From a virus (Duplodnaviria; Heunggongvirae; Uroviricota; Caudoviricetes), in IMG/VR virus record IMGVR_UViG_2541047816_000001: a stretch of DNA of 38,662 bases; one strand, 5' to 3'. The notes beneath the pieces are model-generated. The model made no database searches and was not told where the DNA came from. It worked only from the letters and a program-made list of their open reading frames with translations. Both the position numbers and the translations under genes were made by a program. Below, piece after piece: positions 1-9,638 of this stretch (the first letter of the stretch is position 1; each line of letters starts with the position of its first letter).

Positions 1-1053
1 TTACGGGGTAATGCCAACCGCTGCCGCCACTTTGTCGCCACTTGGCAGCGTTGCCAGAGGATTGAAACGGAGCGCCGTTTCTAGATGATCCGGTGCCAGA
101 TGTGCGTAACGCATAGTCATTTTTATATCGTGGTGTCCGAGAATTTTTTGTAAGGCCAGAATGTTTCCACCCGACATCATGAAGTGCGCCGCAAACGTAT
201 GGCGCAGAACGTGTGTGAGTTGACCGCGAGGGAGCACGATAGACGTTTTTTCCATCACGGATAAAAATTGAAAATAGCAGTCTGTGAAGAAATTGAACCC
301 ATCAAGCGCCATGATCTCTTCATAAAGCTCTTTACTGATAGGGATGCTTCTGTTTTTCTTCCCCTTCGTTCTTACAAAGGTAATTCGGTATTTAGTCACC
401 TGTGATCGGGTAAGATTTATTGCTTCTCGCCAGCGTGCGCCTGTGCTTAAGCATATCTTGACTACCAGTGCCAGAATTGGGTCCTGACGTTTGCAATCAG
501 CCAGCAGTTCAACAATCTGCTCATGGGTAAGCCATGCCATCTCTTTTTCTGCGATGGTGAATTTTCGCATGTTCTCCAGTGGGTTTGGATACGACCATTC
601 GCCCAGGCGGGATAGTTCGCTAAAAACACTACTTAGATAGCTTTGCTCCAGGTTAATGGTGACCGGGCTGGCTCCTTTCTTCCATTTCTCGCTGAAGTAG
701 ATCTCACCTGTCAGGCGTTTATCTCGATAGTGGGCAAACATTTTAGAGGTGAGATTGGTTGCAAGAGGATTGCCTAGAGCGTCAACCATCAGCAGCAATT
801 TGTCATAGACATGCTGTCCAGCAGTCAGAGATTTACCATGTAATTTGAACCATAGCTCAACCACGTCTTTCAGGGTTCGACGATCCACTGATTCGCCCAG
901 CCAGGGCTTTGATTCGGTTTCTTCCATCGTGTGACGCTCAAAAGCCAGAGCTTCGCCTTTGGTGGCGAATTGTTTACGCACACGACGCCCACTTCGTCCG
1001 GCGGGGTAACATTCGCAAAGCCATTTCCCTGTGGTGAGTTTTCGTACTGCCAT
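1..1053 (-). CDS. int: Tyrosine site-specific integrase (P2 Int-like)
   Basis: 350-aa ORF; C-terminal catalytic region HVLRHTFAAHFMMSGG...LGHHDIKMTMRYAHL with conserved R, H-x-x-R and Tyr; position at prophage edge next to the repressor region. Confidence 0.9.
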   Translation of the reverse strand: MAVRKLTTGKWLCECYPAGRSGRRVRKQFATKGEALAFERHTMEETESKPWLGESVDRRTLKDVVELWFKLHGKSLTAGQHVYDKLLLMVDALGNPLATNLTSKMFAHYRDKRLTGEIYFSEKWKKGASPVTINLEQSYLSSVFSELSRLGEWSYPNPLENMRKFTIAEKEMAWLTHEQIVELLADCKRQDPILALVVKICLSTGARWREAINLTRSQVTKYRITFVRTKGKKNRSIPISKELYEEIMALDGFNFFTDCYFQFLSVMEKTSIVLPRGQLTHVLRHTFAAHFMMSGGNILALQKILGHHDIKMTMRYAHLAPDHLETALRFNPLATLPSGDKVAAAVGITP

Positions 1054-1082
1054 AAAAAATGCCCTCCAGTGGAGAGCATTTA

Positions 1083-1102
1083 TACTGTTTTTTTATACAG
1101 TG
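1083..1102. promoter_or_regulatory. LexA-box-like motif TACTGTTTTTTTATACAGTG (CTGT-N8-ACAG) in the int upstream region
   Basis: Seen directly: matches SOS box consensus TACTGT-(AT-rich N8)-ACAGT; lies 30-50 nt upstream of the int start codon on the minus strand. Confidence 0.4.
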
Positions 1103-1143
1103 TCAATGTATGATGATTGGATAACTATACATATGTTATGTGT

Positions 1144-1824
1144 TTAATGCATTTTAGTTACATCTATGTTTTTATTGATTGTCTCTTTGTTACTGGAAAG
1201 TCTTTGTTCTTTTCTTTTAATGTATAACTCCCAACGAATATTATTCATTATGATAGCGTAGATATTAAAAATAAATGTCTTTACTACTAACACTAAGTAA
1301 ATAAGGCTAGTCCCTATAACACAGTATCCAAATTTAATAATTAATTCTTTTATCGATTTTGAATATGGAAATAAATCAATTATATTGCCAATTATTCCAT
1401 CTTTTTGACAAAAGAGAATTATTATTAGATAAATGAAAGTAAACGTAATAAATGAGATGAAAACTTTCATAAATGCCATAAAGTTATATTTTAACGTGGG
1501 CATCTGTGTTTTTTTATGTTGTATTGACATCATCTGAAGAAACATCTCGGGTTTGGATAGTGTTGCAAATATTGTGAAACCAGCAATGAGAAAACCTAAG
1601 GTTGTCACTGCAAAGTTAAAACCAATCAAAGCCCAGTTTCTAATGTCAGATACTAAATGAGACATATCCTTCTCAATAAAAAAAGAGTTTGTTAATAAAA
1701 AAATAGATGCTGTGAGCAAAATGCAAATATGGAATGTACTAATAGTAATCCGTTTGCAGAGCAAGTAAACATCCCAAAGGTTTTTCTCTTTGGTTATTTC
1801 TTTAGCATCTATTTTATTTATCAT
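1144..1824 (-). CDS. Hypothetical integral membrane protein, about 4 predicted TM helices, part of AT-rich moron cassette
   Basis: 226-aa ORF; four long hydrophobic stretches; very low GC (about 30%) versus prophage backbone; start overlaps upstream gene stop by 4 nt. Confidence 0.6.
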   Translation of the reverse strand: MINKIDAKEITKEKNLWDVYLLCKRITISTFHICILLTASIFLLTNSFFIEKDMSHLVSDIRNWALIGFNFAVTTLGFLIAGFTIFATLSKPEMFLQMMSIQHKKTQMPTLKYNFMAFMKVFISFITFTFIYLIIILFCQKDGIIGNIIDLFPYSKSIKELIIKFGYCVIGTSLIYLVLVVKTFIFNIYAIIMNNIRWELYIKRKEQRLSSNKETINKNIDVTKMH

Positions 1825-2849
1825 CGACCAAACCTTTCATATATATTGCTAATAATTCTAATCGTCTTTTGTGAAAGAGAACGGGGTAGAGATATCTTAC
1901 CTTCTTCTACAAGATTTTCATACCGCTCATAACTTTCATTTGCAGCTACTACCGTATCCTTTGATAATTCATTCATCTCACTTAACAAAACAAAGTCATC
2001 ATTGCTACCTTTGATTATATCACCATTGTCATCATATCCTTTAATATTTATTCCTGAATTAGCCAATCTGGTTGCTGATGTGAGTTGTTCTAAAACAGCA
2101 CCATGATTCAAGCCTGAATCGGTGTTTGAAAAGCGAATAGATGTAGAAATACTTCCCATTTCGTCTCCGGCACTTTCAAGTGACTCCCAAAATTCGTCGT
2201 TATCAATTTCTTCTTGATTTGTAGGGAGAAGTTTTACTGAGACATTTTGGATTTTATTAAAATTATCAATAAATTGCTCTAGGCTTTGTTTGTCAGTTAA
2301 CGGCGTTATTCTTAGCTTCGGGCGTTTGATTTCGTTCCGTAAGCTTTTTTTAGTGACTCGAGGTAAGTCAGGGTTTTCTTTGCGTTCTTCTTGTGCGGTT
2401 TCGTATAAATGAGATATGTATTTTTCATATTCTATGTTTAAGAAACACTGACTTGTTGACTGAAAGTTTTGAATTGTGGGAGCACCACTAACTTCCTTGC
2501 AAAGAATTAATCTGTGAGTGTTTAATATTAGAAGAAAGAAAGAGCTCGGGGCTGTTTCAAGCTCTTGATGATCTTCAACCAAATCAGCACCATCAAATAC
2601 TTGTTCTCTGGTTAATAATGTATTCTTAATAATCCGACCTTTAATTCCGAGTACTGGGGGTGTTGCTTCTTCGTCAAGTATGACGCATTCAGTATCAATG
2701 AAAAAGAACTCTGATTTGTCAGATATTCTGCGGATGTTTGCCATCTCCAAAAAAGAGGGGAAAACAATTTCATCATAATAGTCTAGCAAAACATCATCAC
2801 CAAAACGGAGAGTATAATTTCCAAATTCGAGTTTTTTTATAAAATCCAT
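1821..2849 (-). CDS. Hypothetical soluble protein, 342 aa, first gene of AT-rich cassette downstream of the repressor
   Basis: Long ORF with acidic stretches and no motif I recognise; 15 nt downstream of the repressor stop, co-oriented, translationally coupled to the membrane protein gene. Confidence 0.6.
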   Translation of the reverse strand: MDFIKKLEFGNYTLRFGDDVLLDYYDEIVFPSFLEMANIRRISDKSEFFFIDTECVILDEEATPPVLGIKGRIIKNTLLTREQVFDGADLVEDHQELETAPSSFFLLILNTHRLILCKEVSGAPTIQNFQSTSQCFLNIEYEKYISHLYETAQEERKENPDLPRVTKKSLRNEIKRPKLRITPLTDKQSLEQFIDNFNKIQNVSVKLLPTNQEEIDNDEFWESLESAGDEMGSISTSIRFSNTDSGLNHGAVLEQLTSATRLANSGINIKGYDDNGDIIKGSNDDFVLLSEMNELSKDTVVAANESYERYENLVEEGKISLPRSLSQKTIRIISNIYERFGR

Positions 2850-2864
2850 TACTATGCCTCAAGA

Positions 2865-3743
2865 TTAAATAGTACGGTACTGTGAGAAAATTTTGGCAAC
2901 TAATTTTATATCTTCTTTTTCACAATCAAATGTTAAATCATCGTCTGTTACTCGAAGATTGCCTCCAGGTAATAGAAAAATTTGTTTTAACTTGAAATTA
3001 TTTTGGTATTGAACAATCCATCTTCCGTCTTCAACATTAGCTTTATTCATGTGTGCAATATTTATGCAATGTTCGTCTTCAATTGCGAGTAAATCATTAA
3101 AATGAGGAAGCAGGGACTTATCTATCAATAAATGACCAGCATCGAAAATTTGATTGTCAATAAGTTTTACTTTAGGAATTTCTAAAGCTTCACTTTCTTC
3201 GCTTCCAAGTTTTTGCCCGCGCCCAGTTGCTAACCATAAAAGAGAAGTTCTTGTTTCCAACGAGCATCTTATGATCCAGTCAGCTGGGAATGTGTCTCGC
3301 AAGTATCTATTCGCCATTGTGCTTTTAGACACATTCAAATGGTCGGCAAGTTCTTGTCTTGTTTTAAAGCCATACGCTTCCATTAGCCTGTTTATCGCAT
3401 TACGTCCACCTGAATCCAGATTTGGATGGTTCACAATTGGGTTCTCGTTGGTGGTGGCTTTGGGAACATATTGAACCAATGATGCTGGTTCCTCTAATTT
3501 AGCGGGAACTTCGGTATTCTTAGGAAATGGCACGCCTTTTCCGAATGAGAGCCACTCTATAGATGCTCCTGTTTCAATTGCACACTGAATTACCCAGTCA
3601 GCAGGAAATGCGTCACGCATCCAGCGCGTTCCCATAGTACTTGCAGATACATTGAACTGTTCACATAGGGCTTGCCGCGTCTTGAATCCATACGCTTCAA
3701 GCATGCGCGTTATGACTGCCTGTCCTCCGTTTTTGAAATTCAT
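2865..3743 (-). CDS. Immunity repressor, phage 186 CI-like, with tandemly duplicated N-terminal HTH domain
   Basis: Two homologous segments (..RMLEAYGFKTRQALCEQFNVSASTMGTRWMRDAFPADWVIQCAIETGASIEWL.. and ..RLMEAYGFKTRQELADHLNVSKSTMANRYLRDTFPADWIIRCSLETRTSLLWL..) resembling the 186 CI N-terminal domain as I recall it, plus a C-terminal domain; position between int and the Apl/Cox-like gene, transcribed divergently from it. Confidence 0.7.
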   Translation of the reverse strand: MNFKNGGQAVITRMLEAYGFKTRQALCEQFNVSASTMGTRWMRDAFPADWVIQCAIETGASIEWLSFGKGVPFPKNTEVPAKLEEPASLVQYVPKATTNENPIVNHPNLDSGGRNAINRLMEAYGFKTRQELADHLNVSKSTMANRYLRDTFPADWIIRCSLETRTSLLWLATGRGQKLGSEESEALEIPKVKLIDNQIFDAGHLLIDKSLLPHFNDLLAIEDEHCINIAHMNKANVEDGRWIVQYQNNFKLKQIFLLPGGNLRVTDDDLTFDCEKEDIKLVAKIFSQYRTI

Positions 3744-3868
3744 CTAGTACGCCTTTGAGTAATATTGAGTTGACACTTCTCAAATGAAGAATTAATGTGT
3801 GCAAAAGTGAACTTGACGGTGTTAATCACCAGTTACCACGCATCATGTTAATCGAGGAATCTTGCATC
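3744..3868. promoter_or_regulatory. Lysis-lysogeny switch intergenic region (divergent repressor and early promoters/operators)
   Basis: 125-nt gap between divergently transcribed repressor and Apl/Cox-like genes; inferred from 186/P2 architecture; individual promoter elements not mapped. Confidence 0.4.
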
Positions 3869-4090
3869 ATGACTCCACATATTTCAATCACCTTAGCTGT
3901 TCCATCTGTTTCTATTGAGAAATACAGCGAACTGACTGGCTTATCTATCGACACCATCAATGACATGCTGGCTGATGGACGTCTTATTCGCCATCGTCTC
4001 CGTAAGGATAAAAAGCGAGAAAAGGTGATGATCAATATCGCAGCAATGACTGTTGATGCACTCGCTGAATGCAATTTGAGCATTAACTAG
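3869..4090 (+). CDS. Apl/Cox-like small DNA-binding regulator/excisionase
   Basis: 73-aa ORF from ATG 3869 with GAGGA RBS 10 nt upstream; first early gene divergent from the repressor; basic C-terminus; assignment by position. Confidence 0.5.
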   Translation: MTPHISITLAVPSVSIEKYSELTGLSIDTINDMLADGRLIRHRLRKDKKREKVMINIAAMTVDALAECNLSIN

Positions 4091-4104
4091 TTCCATTTTG
4101 GGTT

Positions 4105-4632
4105 ATGTCAGAGATGTCGAATATGTTTGATTACCAAGTTTCCAAACATCCACATTTTGATGAAGCCTGTCGTGCATTCGCATTGCGCCACAACCTGGTG
4201 CAACTGGCAGAACGTGCTGGCATGAATGTGCAGATTCTGCGGAACAAGCTGAACCCAGCTCAACCTCATTTATTAACCGCACCAGAAATCTGGCTGCTTA
4301 CCGATCTGACTGAAGATTCAACGCTGGTAGATGGTTTTCTGGCACAGATTCATTGTCTGCCATGTGTACCGATTAATGAGGTGGCAAAAGAGAAACTGCC
4401 ACATTACGTCATGAGTGCAACCGCAGAGATCGGGCGTGTTGCTGCAGGTGCGGTATCTGGCGATGTAAAAACCAGTGCCGGTCGTCGTGATGCCATCAGC
4501 AGCATTAATTCTGTAACACGACTGATGGCGCTGGCGGCTGTTTCATTGCAGGCCCGTTTACAGGCTAATCCTGCGATGGCGAGTGCAGTTGATACCGTGA
4601 CTGGCCTCGGTGCTTCATTCGGTTTGCTGTGA
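4105..4632 (+). CDS. CII-like regulatory protein (186 CII/CP76 family)
   Basis: 175-aa ORF; N-terminal [23 protein letters not shown]... resembles 186 CII as I recall it; position after apl/cox. Confidence 0.55.
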   Translation: MSEMSNMFDYQVSKHPHFDEACRAFALRHNLVQLAERAGMNVQILRNKLNPAQPHLLTAPEIWLLTDLTEDSTLVDGFLAQIHCLPCVPINEVAKEKLPHYVMSATAEIGRVAAGAVSGDVKTSAGRRDAISSINSVTRLMALAAVSLQARLQANPAMASAVDTVTGLGASFGLL

Positions 4633-4806
4633 GGTGCTTATGCTGACGAAAGAACCATCATTTGCATCGCTGCTGGTAAAACAAAGCCCGGCAATGCACT
4701 ACGGTCACGGCTGGATCATGGGTGAGGATGGTAAACGCTGGCATCCGTGCCGTTCACAAGATGAATTGCTGTCTGAATTGACCACGGGGAAACGGAGAAA
4801 GTCAAA

Positions 4807-5031
4807 ATGTATGCAGCGGAAAGTGAAGTGGTTTATCAGTTTCGTTACAGAGGGGAGAGTTATTCAGTACCTGAAGATGATTTGCTCTGTTGTTATCCGT
4901 CGTTGTCGGGCGATGGCAGTTACTTTTTCACGCTAAAGGATGGGACGTTTTTACGGGGAGAGCAGGTTAAAGAGACGATACGAAAAAATGTATCTCCTCT
5001 TGAACGTTACCGTAAGAACAAAGAACGATAG
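4807..5031 (+). CDS. Hypothetical early protein
   Basis: 74-aa ORF with GGAGAAA RBS before ATG 4807; overlaps a competing 4640-4936 ORF in another frame. Confidence 0.45.
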   Translation: MYAAESEVVYQFRYRGESYSVPEDDLLCCYPSLSGDGSYFFTLKDGTFLRGEQVKETIRKNVSPLERYRKNKER

Positions 5032-5053
5032 TTGCGTTTTGGGGATATGAATT

Positions 5054-5395
5054 ATGGCAATTAATGGCGCTGCGGCGACTGTTCCATTAAGCCCCGGTGA
5101 ACGCCTGAATGGACTTAATCACATTGCGGAGTTAAGGGCGAAAGTTTTTGGCCTGAATATTGAGTCAGAGCTTGAGCGGTTTATTAAAGATATGCGTGAT
5201 CCACGGGATATCAATAGCGAACAAAATAAACGGGCACTGGCTGCCATATTCTTTATGGCAAAAATTCCAGCTGAACGTCATAGCATCAGCATTAATGAGC
5301 TGACCACTGACGAAAAGCGGGAGTTGATTAAAGCAATGAATCATTTTCGTGCAGTGGTGAGCTTATTTCCCAGACGGCTAACCATGCCGAATTAA
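5054..5395 (+). CDS. Hypothetical early protein
   Basis: 113-aa ORF, ATG preceded by GGGGA; within early operon. Confidence 0.5.
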   Translation: MAINGAAATVPLSPGERLNGLNHIAELRAKVFGLNIESELERFIKDMRDPRDINSEQNKRALAAIFFMAKIPAERHSISINELTTDEKRELIKAMNHFRAVVSLFPRRLTMPN

Positions 5396-5462
5396 CCAGC
5401 TAATGAAATTAATGGCGTAAACCCGCCGGGCATCCCTTTATCTAAATTCAGGAGAATTGATT

Positions 5463-5696
5463 ATGCGTAATATTGAAACCCTCACGACTAAAACCGGACC
5501 GGATGACGCAGGGCTTAATATTTTACTGACAGAGGCTCGTCTGGAAGAACGCCGGGCAAGGGCTGAAGCAATGGCTGCCAGCCTTGATAGTCTTGCGTGT
5601 CATATCACATCCCGCCAGCTAAACCACGTCGAAGCGGCAGAACTGCTGCGTGTGACCGCTGAAGCAATCCAGAACGAAGCGCAGGAGATCCACTAA
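5463..5696 (+). CDS. Hypothetical early protein
   Basis: ATG 5463 preceded by AGGAGAA RBS; 77 aa; stop overlaps next gene start. Confidence 0.5.
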   Translation: MRNIETLTTKTGPDDAGLNILLTEARLEERRARAEAMAASLDSLACHITSRQLNHVEAAELLRVTAEAIQNEAQEIH

Positions 5697-5923
5697 TGGC
5701 TGATGCAATGGATCTCGTACAGCAGCGCGTTGAAGAAGAACGCCAGCGCCATATCCGTGCTGCCCGTGCCAAAACACCGGGCGTGTCTCGCGTGCTTTGC
5801 ATTGAATGTGAAGCGCCAATTCCGCCAGCACGCCGCCGCGCCATTCCAGGAGCGCAGCTTTGCATTACCTGTCAGGAAATCGCAGAGCTGAAAGGCAAAC
5901 ATTACAACGGAGGTGCTGTATGA
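5696..5923 (+). CDS. TraR/DksA-family C4 zinc-finger protein
   Basis: 75 aa with C-x2-C ... C-x2-C pattern (CIECEAP...CITCQE); ATG overlaps previous stop (TAATG). Confidence 0.6.
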   Translation: MADAMDLVQQRVEEERQRHIRAARAKTPGVSRVLCIECEAPIPPARRRAIPGAQLCITCQEIAELKGKHYNGGAV

Positions 5924-6222
5924 CAGGGGCTGTGCGTATCCATCAATTAAAAATTGCACCTAAGTATTTCAACGCTGTGGTTGCAGGTCAAAAGACGGCT
6001 GAACTTCGTAAAGACGATCGTGGCTATAAAGTTGGTGATGTTCTTTCTCTTTGCGAATGGAAGCATGGCGTATTTACGGGTAGGGAATGGGCCGCGGTTA
6101 TCTCTCATGTGCTTCCGGTTAATGACGTCATGGCAGTTTCAGAACAATGGGTGATGCTATCAATTCGCTCATTAACCCCATTAGAAGCTTTAGGATATGT
6201 TATTGCAGGAGGTGCTGTATGA
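5920..6222 (+). CDS. Small PUA/ASCH-like domain protein
   Basis: 100-aa ORF from ATG 5920 (ATGA overlap with previous stop, GGAGGTG RBS); sequence pattern ..[28 protein letters not shown].. resembles ASCH/DUF-type domains common in P2-like early regions (family assignment tentative). Confidence 0.45.
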   Translation: MTGAVRIHQLKIAPKYFNAVVAGQKTAELRKDDRGYKVGDVLSLCEWKHGVFTGREWAAVISHVLPVNDVMAVSEQWVMLSIRSLTPLEALGYVIAGGAV

Positions 6223-7085
6223 GCACCATCCTGAAATGGGCGGGAAATAAAACCGCAATTATGTCCGAACTGAAAAAACACCTTCCTGCTGGCCCGCGAC
6301 TGGTTGAACCTTTCGCGGGTTCCTGTGCTGTGATGATGGAGACGGATTATCCAAGCTATCTGGTTGCGGATATTAATCCTGATTTAATCAACCTCTATAA
6401 AAAGGTTGCCGCTGATTGTGAATCGTTTATATCTCGCGCCAGAGTTTTATTTAAGGAAGCAAACAGGGAGGTGGCTTATTACAACATAAGGCAGGAGTTT
6501 AATTACTCAAATGAAATTACTGATTTCATGAAAGCGGTATATTTCCTGTATCTCAATCGTCACGGTTACCGTGGTTTATGTCGCTATAACAAGAGCGGGC
6601 ATTTCAACATTCCCTACGGTAATTATAAAAATCCGTATTTCCCAGAAAAAGAAATTCGCGCATTTGCAGAAAAAGCCCAGCGGGCAACGTTTATCTGCGC
6701 CAGCTTTGATGAAACGCTGGCGATGTTGAAGGCGGGGGATGTGGTGTATTGCGATCCGCCGTATGACGGCACGTTTTCCGGTTATCACACTGACGGCTTC
6801 ACTGAAGATGACCAGTATCACCTGGCATCCGTTCTTGAACATCGGTCATCAGAAGGACATCCGGTCATTGTTTCTAACAGTGACACATCCCTGATCCGTT
6901 CGCTGTATCGCAATTTTACTCACCACTACATCAAGGCAAAACGCAGCATCGGCGTAGCAGCTGGTGAGAGTAAATCTGCAACAGAAATCATCGCTGTTTC
7001 TGGGCGCGCTGCTGGGTGGGATTTGAGCCTTCGCGTGGCGTGGATAGTTCTGCCGTGTACGGAGTGCGTGCATGAGCCATGCTGA
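6219..7085 (+). CDS. DNA N6-adenine methyltransferase, Dam family
   Basis: N-terminal LKWAGNK, FAGSCAV SAM-binding region and catalytic DPPY motif (CDPPYDGTF); ATG 6219 overlaps previous stop. Confidence 0.8.
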   Translation: MSTILKWAGNKTAIMSELKKHLPAGPRLVEPFAGSCAVMMETDYPSYLVADINPDLINLYKKVAADCESFISRARVLFKEANREVAYYNIRQEFNYSNEITDFMKAVYFLYLNRHGYRGLCRYNKSGHFNIPYGNYKNPYFPEKEIRAFAEKAQRATFICASFDETLAMLKAGDVVYCDPPYDGTFSGYHTDGFTEDDQYHLASVLEHRSSEGHPVIVSNSDTSLIRSLYRNFTHHYIKAKRSIGVAAGESKSATEIIAVSGRAAGWDLSLRVAWIVLPCTECVHEPC

Positions 7086-9486
7086 TATGAACAACTGCAG
7101 CGGCTTTAACGAGGCCGCCGCAGCATTCTCATGGAACAGCCCGAAAAAGGCTATTAACCCTTATCTGGACCCGGCGGAAGTTGCGCCGGTTTCTGCGCTT
7201 TCAAACCTGATCACTCTGTACGCTGCCGATAACGAGCAGGAACAACTGCGCCGCGAGGCACTGAGTGATCAGGTCTGGGAGCGTTATTTCTTTAATGAAT
7301 CCCGTGATCCTGTCCAACGCGAAATGGAGCAGGATAAGCTCATTAGCCGGGCAAAGCTGGCGCATGAGCAGCAGCGTTTTAATCCAGATATGGTCATTCT
7401 GGCGGACGTCAATGCCCAGCCTTCCCATATCAGCAAGCCGCTGTTGCAACGTATTGAATACTTCAGCAGCCTAGGCAGGCCAAAGGCTTATTCCCGCTAT
7501 TTGCGTGAGACGATTAAGCCATGTCTGGAACGACTGGAGCATGTACGCGACAGTCAGCTATCCACTTCTTTTCGCTTTATGGCAAGCCATGAAGGGCTGG
7601 ACGGCCTGCTGATCCTGCCTGAAATGAGTCAGGATCAGGTGAAACGCTTGTCTACCCTTGTCGCTGCGCATATGAGCATGTGCCTTGATGCAGCTTGTGG
7701 CGATTTGTATGTCACCGATGACGTTAAGCCAGAAGAAATCCGCAAGACATGGGAAAAGGTGGCAGCGGAAACCCTGCGTCTGGATGTCATCCCGCCTGCG
7801 TTTGATCAACTCCGCCGGAAAAGAAACCGCCGTAAACCCGTGCCCTATGAACTCATTCCGGGTTCGCTGGCGCGTATGTTGTGCGCCGACTGGTGGTACC
7901 GGAAATTATGGAAGATGCGTTGCGAATGGCGGGAAGAGCAGTTGCGTGCTGTTTGCCTGGTCAGCAAAAAAGCATCTCCCTATGTCAGCTATGAAGCCGT
8001 GATGCATAAACGTGAGCAGCGCCGTAAGTCGCTGGAGTTTTTTCGTTCTCATGAACTGGTGAACGAAGACGGCGACACGCTGGACATGGAGGATGTGGTA
8101 AACGCCAGCAGCAGCAACCCTGCGCATCGCCGCAATGAGATGATGGCCTGTGTTAAAGGCCTGGAGCTTATCGCGGAAATGCGCGGTGACTGCGCCGTTT
8201 TCTACACCATCACCTGTCCGTCACGTTTCCATTCCACGCTAAATAACGGCAGGCCCAACCCAACCTGGACAAATGCGACGGTAAGACAAAGTAGTGATTA
8301 TCTGGTCGGCATGTTTGCTGCATTTCGTAAGGCGATGCACAAAGCCGGATTGCGCTGGTATGGCGTGCGGGTGGCTGAGCCGCATCATGACGGTACAGTT
8401 CACTGGCACCTGTTGTGTTTTATGCGCAAAAAAGACCGCCGCGCCATCACTGCATTACTGCGTAAGTTTGCCATCCGTGAAGACCGCGAGGAGCTGGGCA
8501 ATAACACTGGGCCGCGCTTTAAGTCTGAGTTGATTAACCCGCGCAAAGGTACGCCAACAAGCTACATCGCGAAATACATCAGTAAGAACATGGACGGGCG
8601 TGGTCTGGCTGGCGAGATCAGCAAGGAAACGGGGAAATCCCTGCGTGATAATGCTGAATACGTTAATGCTTGGGCGTCTCTGCATCGTGTTCAGCAATTC
8701 CGCTTCTTTGGCATTCCGGGGCGTCAGGCTTACCGTGAACTGCGATTGCTGGCTGGTCAGGCGGCAAGGCAACAGGGGGACAAAAAAGCAGGTGCGCCGG
8801 TACTGGATAACCCGCGCCTTGATGCAATCCTGGCTGCTGCTGATGCTGGTTGTTTTGCCACCTACATTATGAAGCAGGGCGGCGTACTGGTTCCCCGCAA
8901 ATATCACCTTATCAGAACAGCTTATGAAATTAACGAAGAGCCGACCGCCTATGGCGATCACGGTATTCGTATTTATGGCATCTGGTCACCCATTGCAGAG
9001 GGCAAGATTTGTACTCATGCAGTGAAGTGGAAAATGGTTCGTAAGGCCGTTGACGTTCAGGAGGCGGCAGCCGACCAGGGCGCTTGCGCCCCTTGGACTC
9101 GTGGCAATAACTGTCCCCTTGCTGAAAATTTGAACCAACAGGAGAAAGATAAATCAACAGATGGGGATACCAGAACTGACATTACCTGTATGGATGACAA
9201 GGAGTTGCACGATTACCTGCATAGTATGAGCAAAAAAGAGCGCCAGGAACTGGCAGCAAGATTACGCCTGGTGAAACCGAAACGGCGTAAAGACTACAAA
9301 CAGCGAATTACAGAGTATCAGCGTCAGCAGCTCGTCTATGAACTGAAGTCAAGAGGATTTGATGGCAGCGAGAAAGAGGTCGATTTACTCCTTCGCGGTG
9401 GCAGTATTCCGTCAGGAGCAGGCCTGCGTATCTTCTATCGGAACCAGCGTTTGCAGGAAGATGATAAGTGGCGGAACCTGTATTAA
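7072..9486 (+). CDS. A: Rolling-circle replication initiation endonuclease (P2 gpA-like)
   Basis: 804-aa ORF; HUH-type motif (GTVHWHLL) followed by paired-tyrosine motif (YIAKYISK); position after early genes. Confidence 0.85.
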   Translation: MSHADMNNCSGFNEAAAAFSWNSPKKAINPYLDPAEVAPVSALSNLITLYAADNEQEQLRREALSDQVWERYFFNESRDPVQREMEQDKLISRAKLAHEQQRFNPDMVILADVNAQPSHISKPLLQRIEYFSSLGRPKAYSRYLRETIKPCLERLEHVRDSQLSTSFRFMASHEGLDGLLILPEMSQDQVKRLSTLVAAHMSMCLDAACGDLYVTDDVKPEEIRKTWEKVAAETLRLDVIPPAFDQLRRKRNRRKPVPYELIPGSLARMLCADWWYRKLWKMRCEWREEQLRAVCLVSKKASPYVSYEAVMHKREQRRKSLEFFRSHELVNEDGDTLDMEDVVNASSSNPAHRRNEMMACVKGLELIAEMRGDCAVFYTITCPSRFHSTLNNGRPNPTWTNATVRQSSDYLVGMFAAFRKAMHKAGLRWYGVRVAEPHHDGTVHWHLLCFMRKKDRRAITALLRKFAIREDREELGNNTGPRFKSELINPRKGTPTSYIAKYISKNMDGRGLAGEISKETGKSLRDNAEYVNAWASLHRVQQFRFFGIPGRQAYRELRLLAGQAARQQGDKKAGAPVLDNPRLDAILAAADAGCFATYIMKQGGVLVPRKYHLIRTAYEINEEPTAYGDHGIRIYGIWSPIAEGKICTHAVKWKMVRKAVDVQEAAADQGACAPWTRGNNCPLAENLNQQEKDKSTDGDTRTDITCMDDKELHDYLHSMSKKERQELAARLRLVKPKRRKDYKQRITEYQRQQLVYELKSRGFDGSEKEVDLLLRGGSIPSGAGLRIFYRNQRLQEDDKWRNLY

Positions 9487-9577
9487 TCACGTGGGTTAAC
9501 AATTCGTGCTCTTAATAATACCAGGCATATCAGGCTGATGAACGTAAAAAACGTTTTACATCAGTAAGATTATTATA

Positions 9578-9597
9578 TACTGTAAATATAAACAGTG
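9578..9597. promoter_or_regulatory. LexA-box-like motif TACTGTAAATATAAACAGTG
   Basis: Seen directly: CTGT-N8-ACAG with TACTGT/ACAGT flanks and AT-rich spacer, in AT-rich intergenic region about 40 nt upstream of a small ORF with strong RBS. Confidence 0.5.
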
Positions 9598-9638
9598 GTT
9601 GTGCATACAGTATTGCTTGTGGTGTCATAGGAGGAAAG

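Noticed and set aside
1821-2849. Direct homology of the 342-aa protein to lambda RexA
   Set aside because: I could not recognise any shared sequence motif; the Rex analogy rests on gene order and membrane topology only, so it is reported as an architectural analogy and not as a homology call.
4640-4936. Possible 98-aa early ORF (in frame with the track ORF 4610-4936) overlapping the 4807-5031 ORF
   Set aside because: Its 3' half overlaps the better-supported 4807-5031 gene in another frame and its translation becomes low-complexity there; only the first about 55 codons may be real, so I did not list it as a feature.
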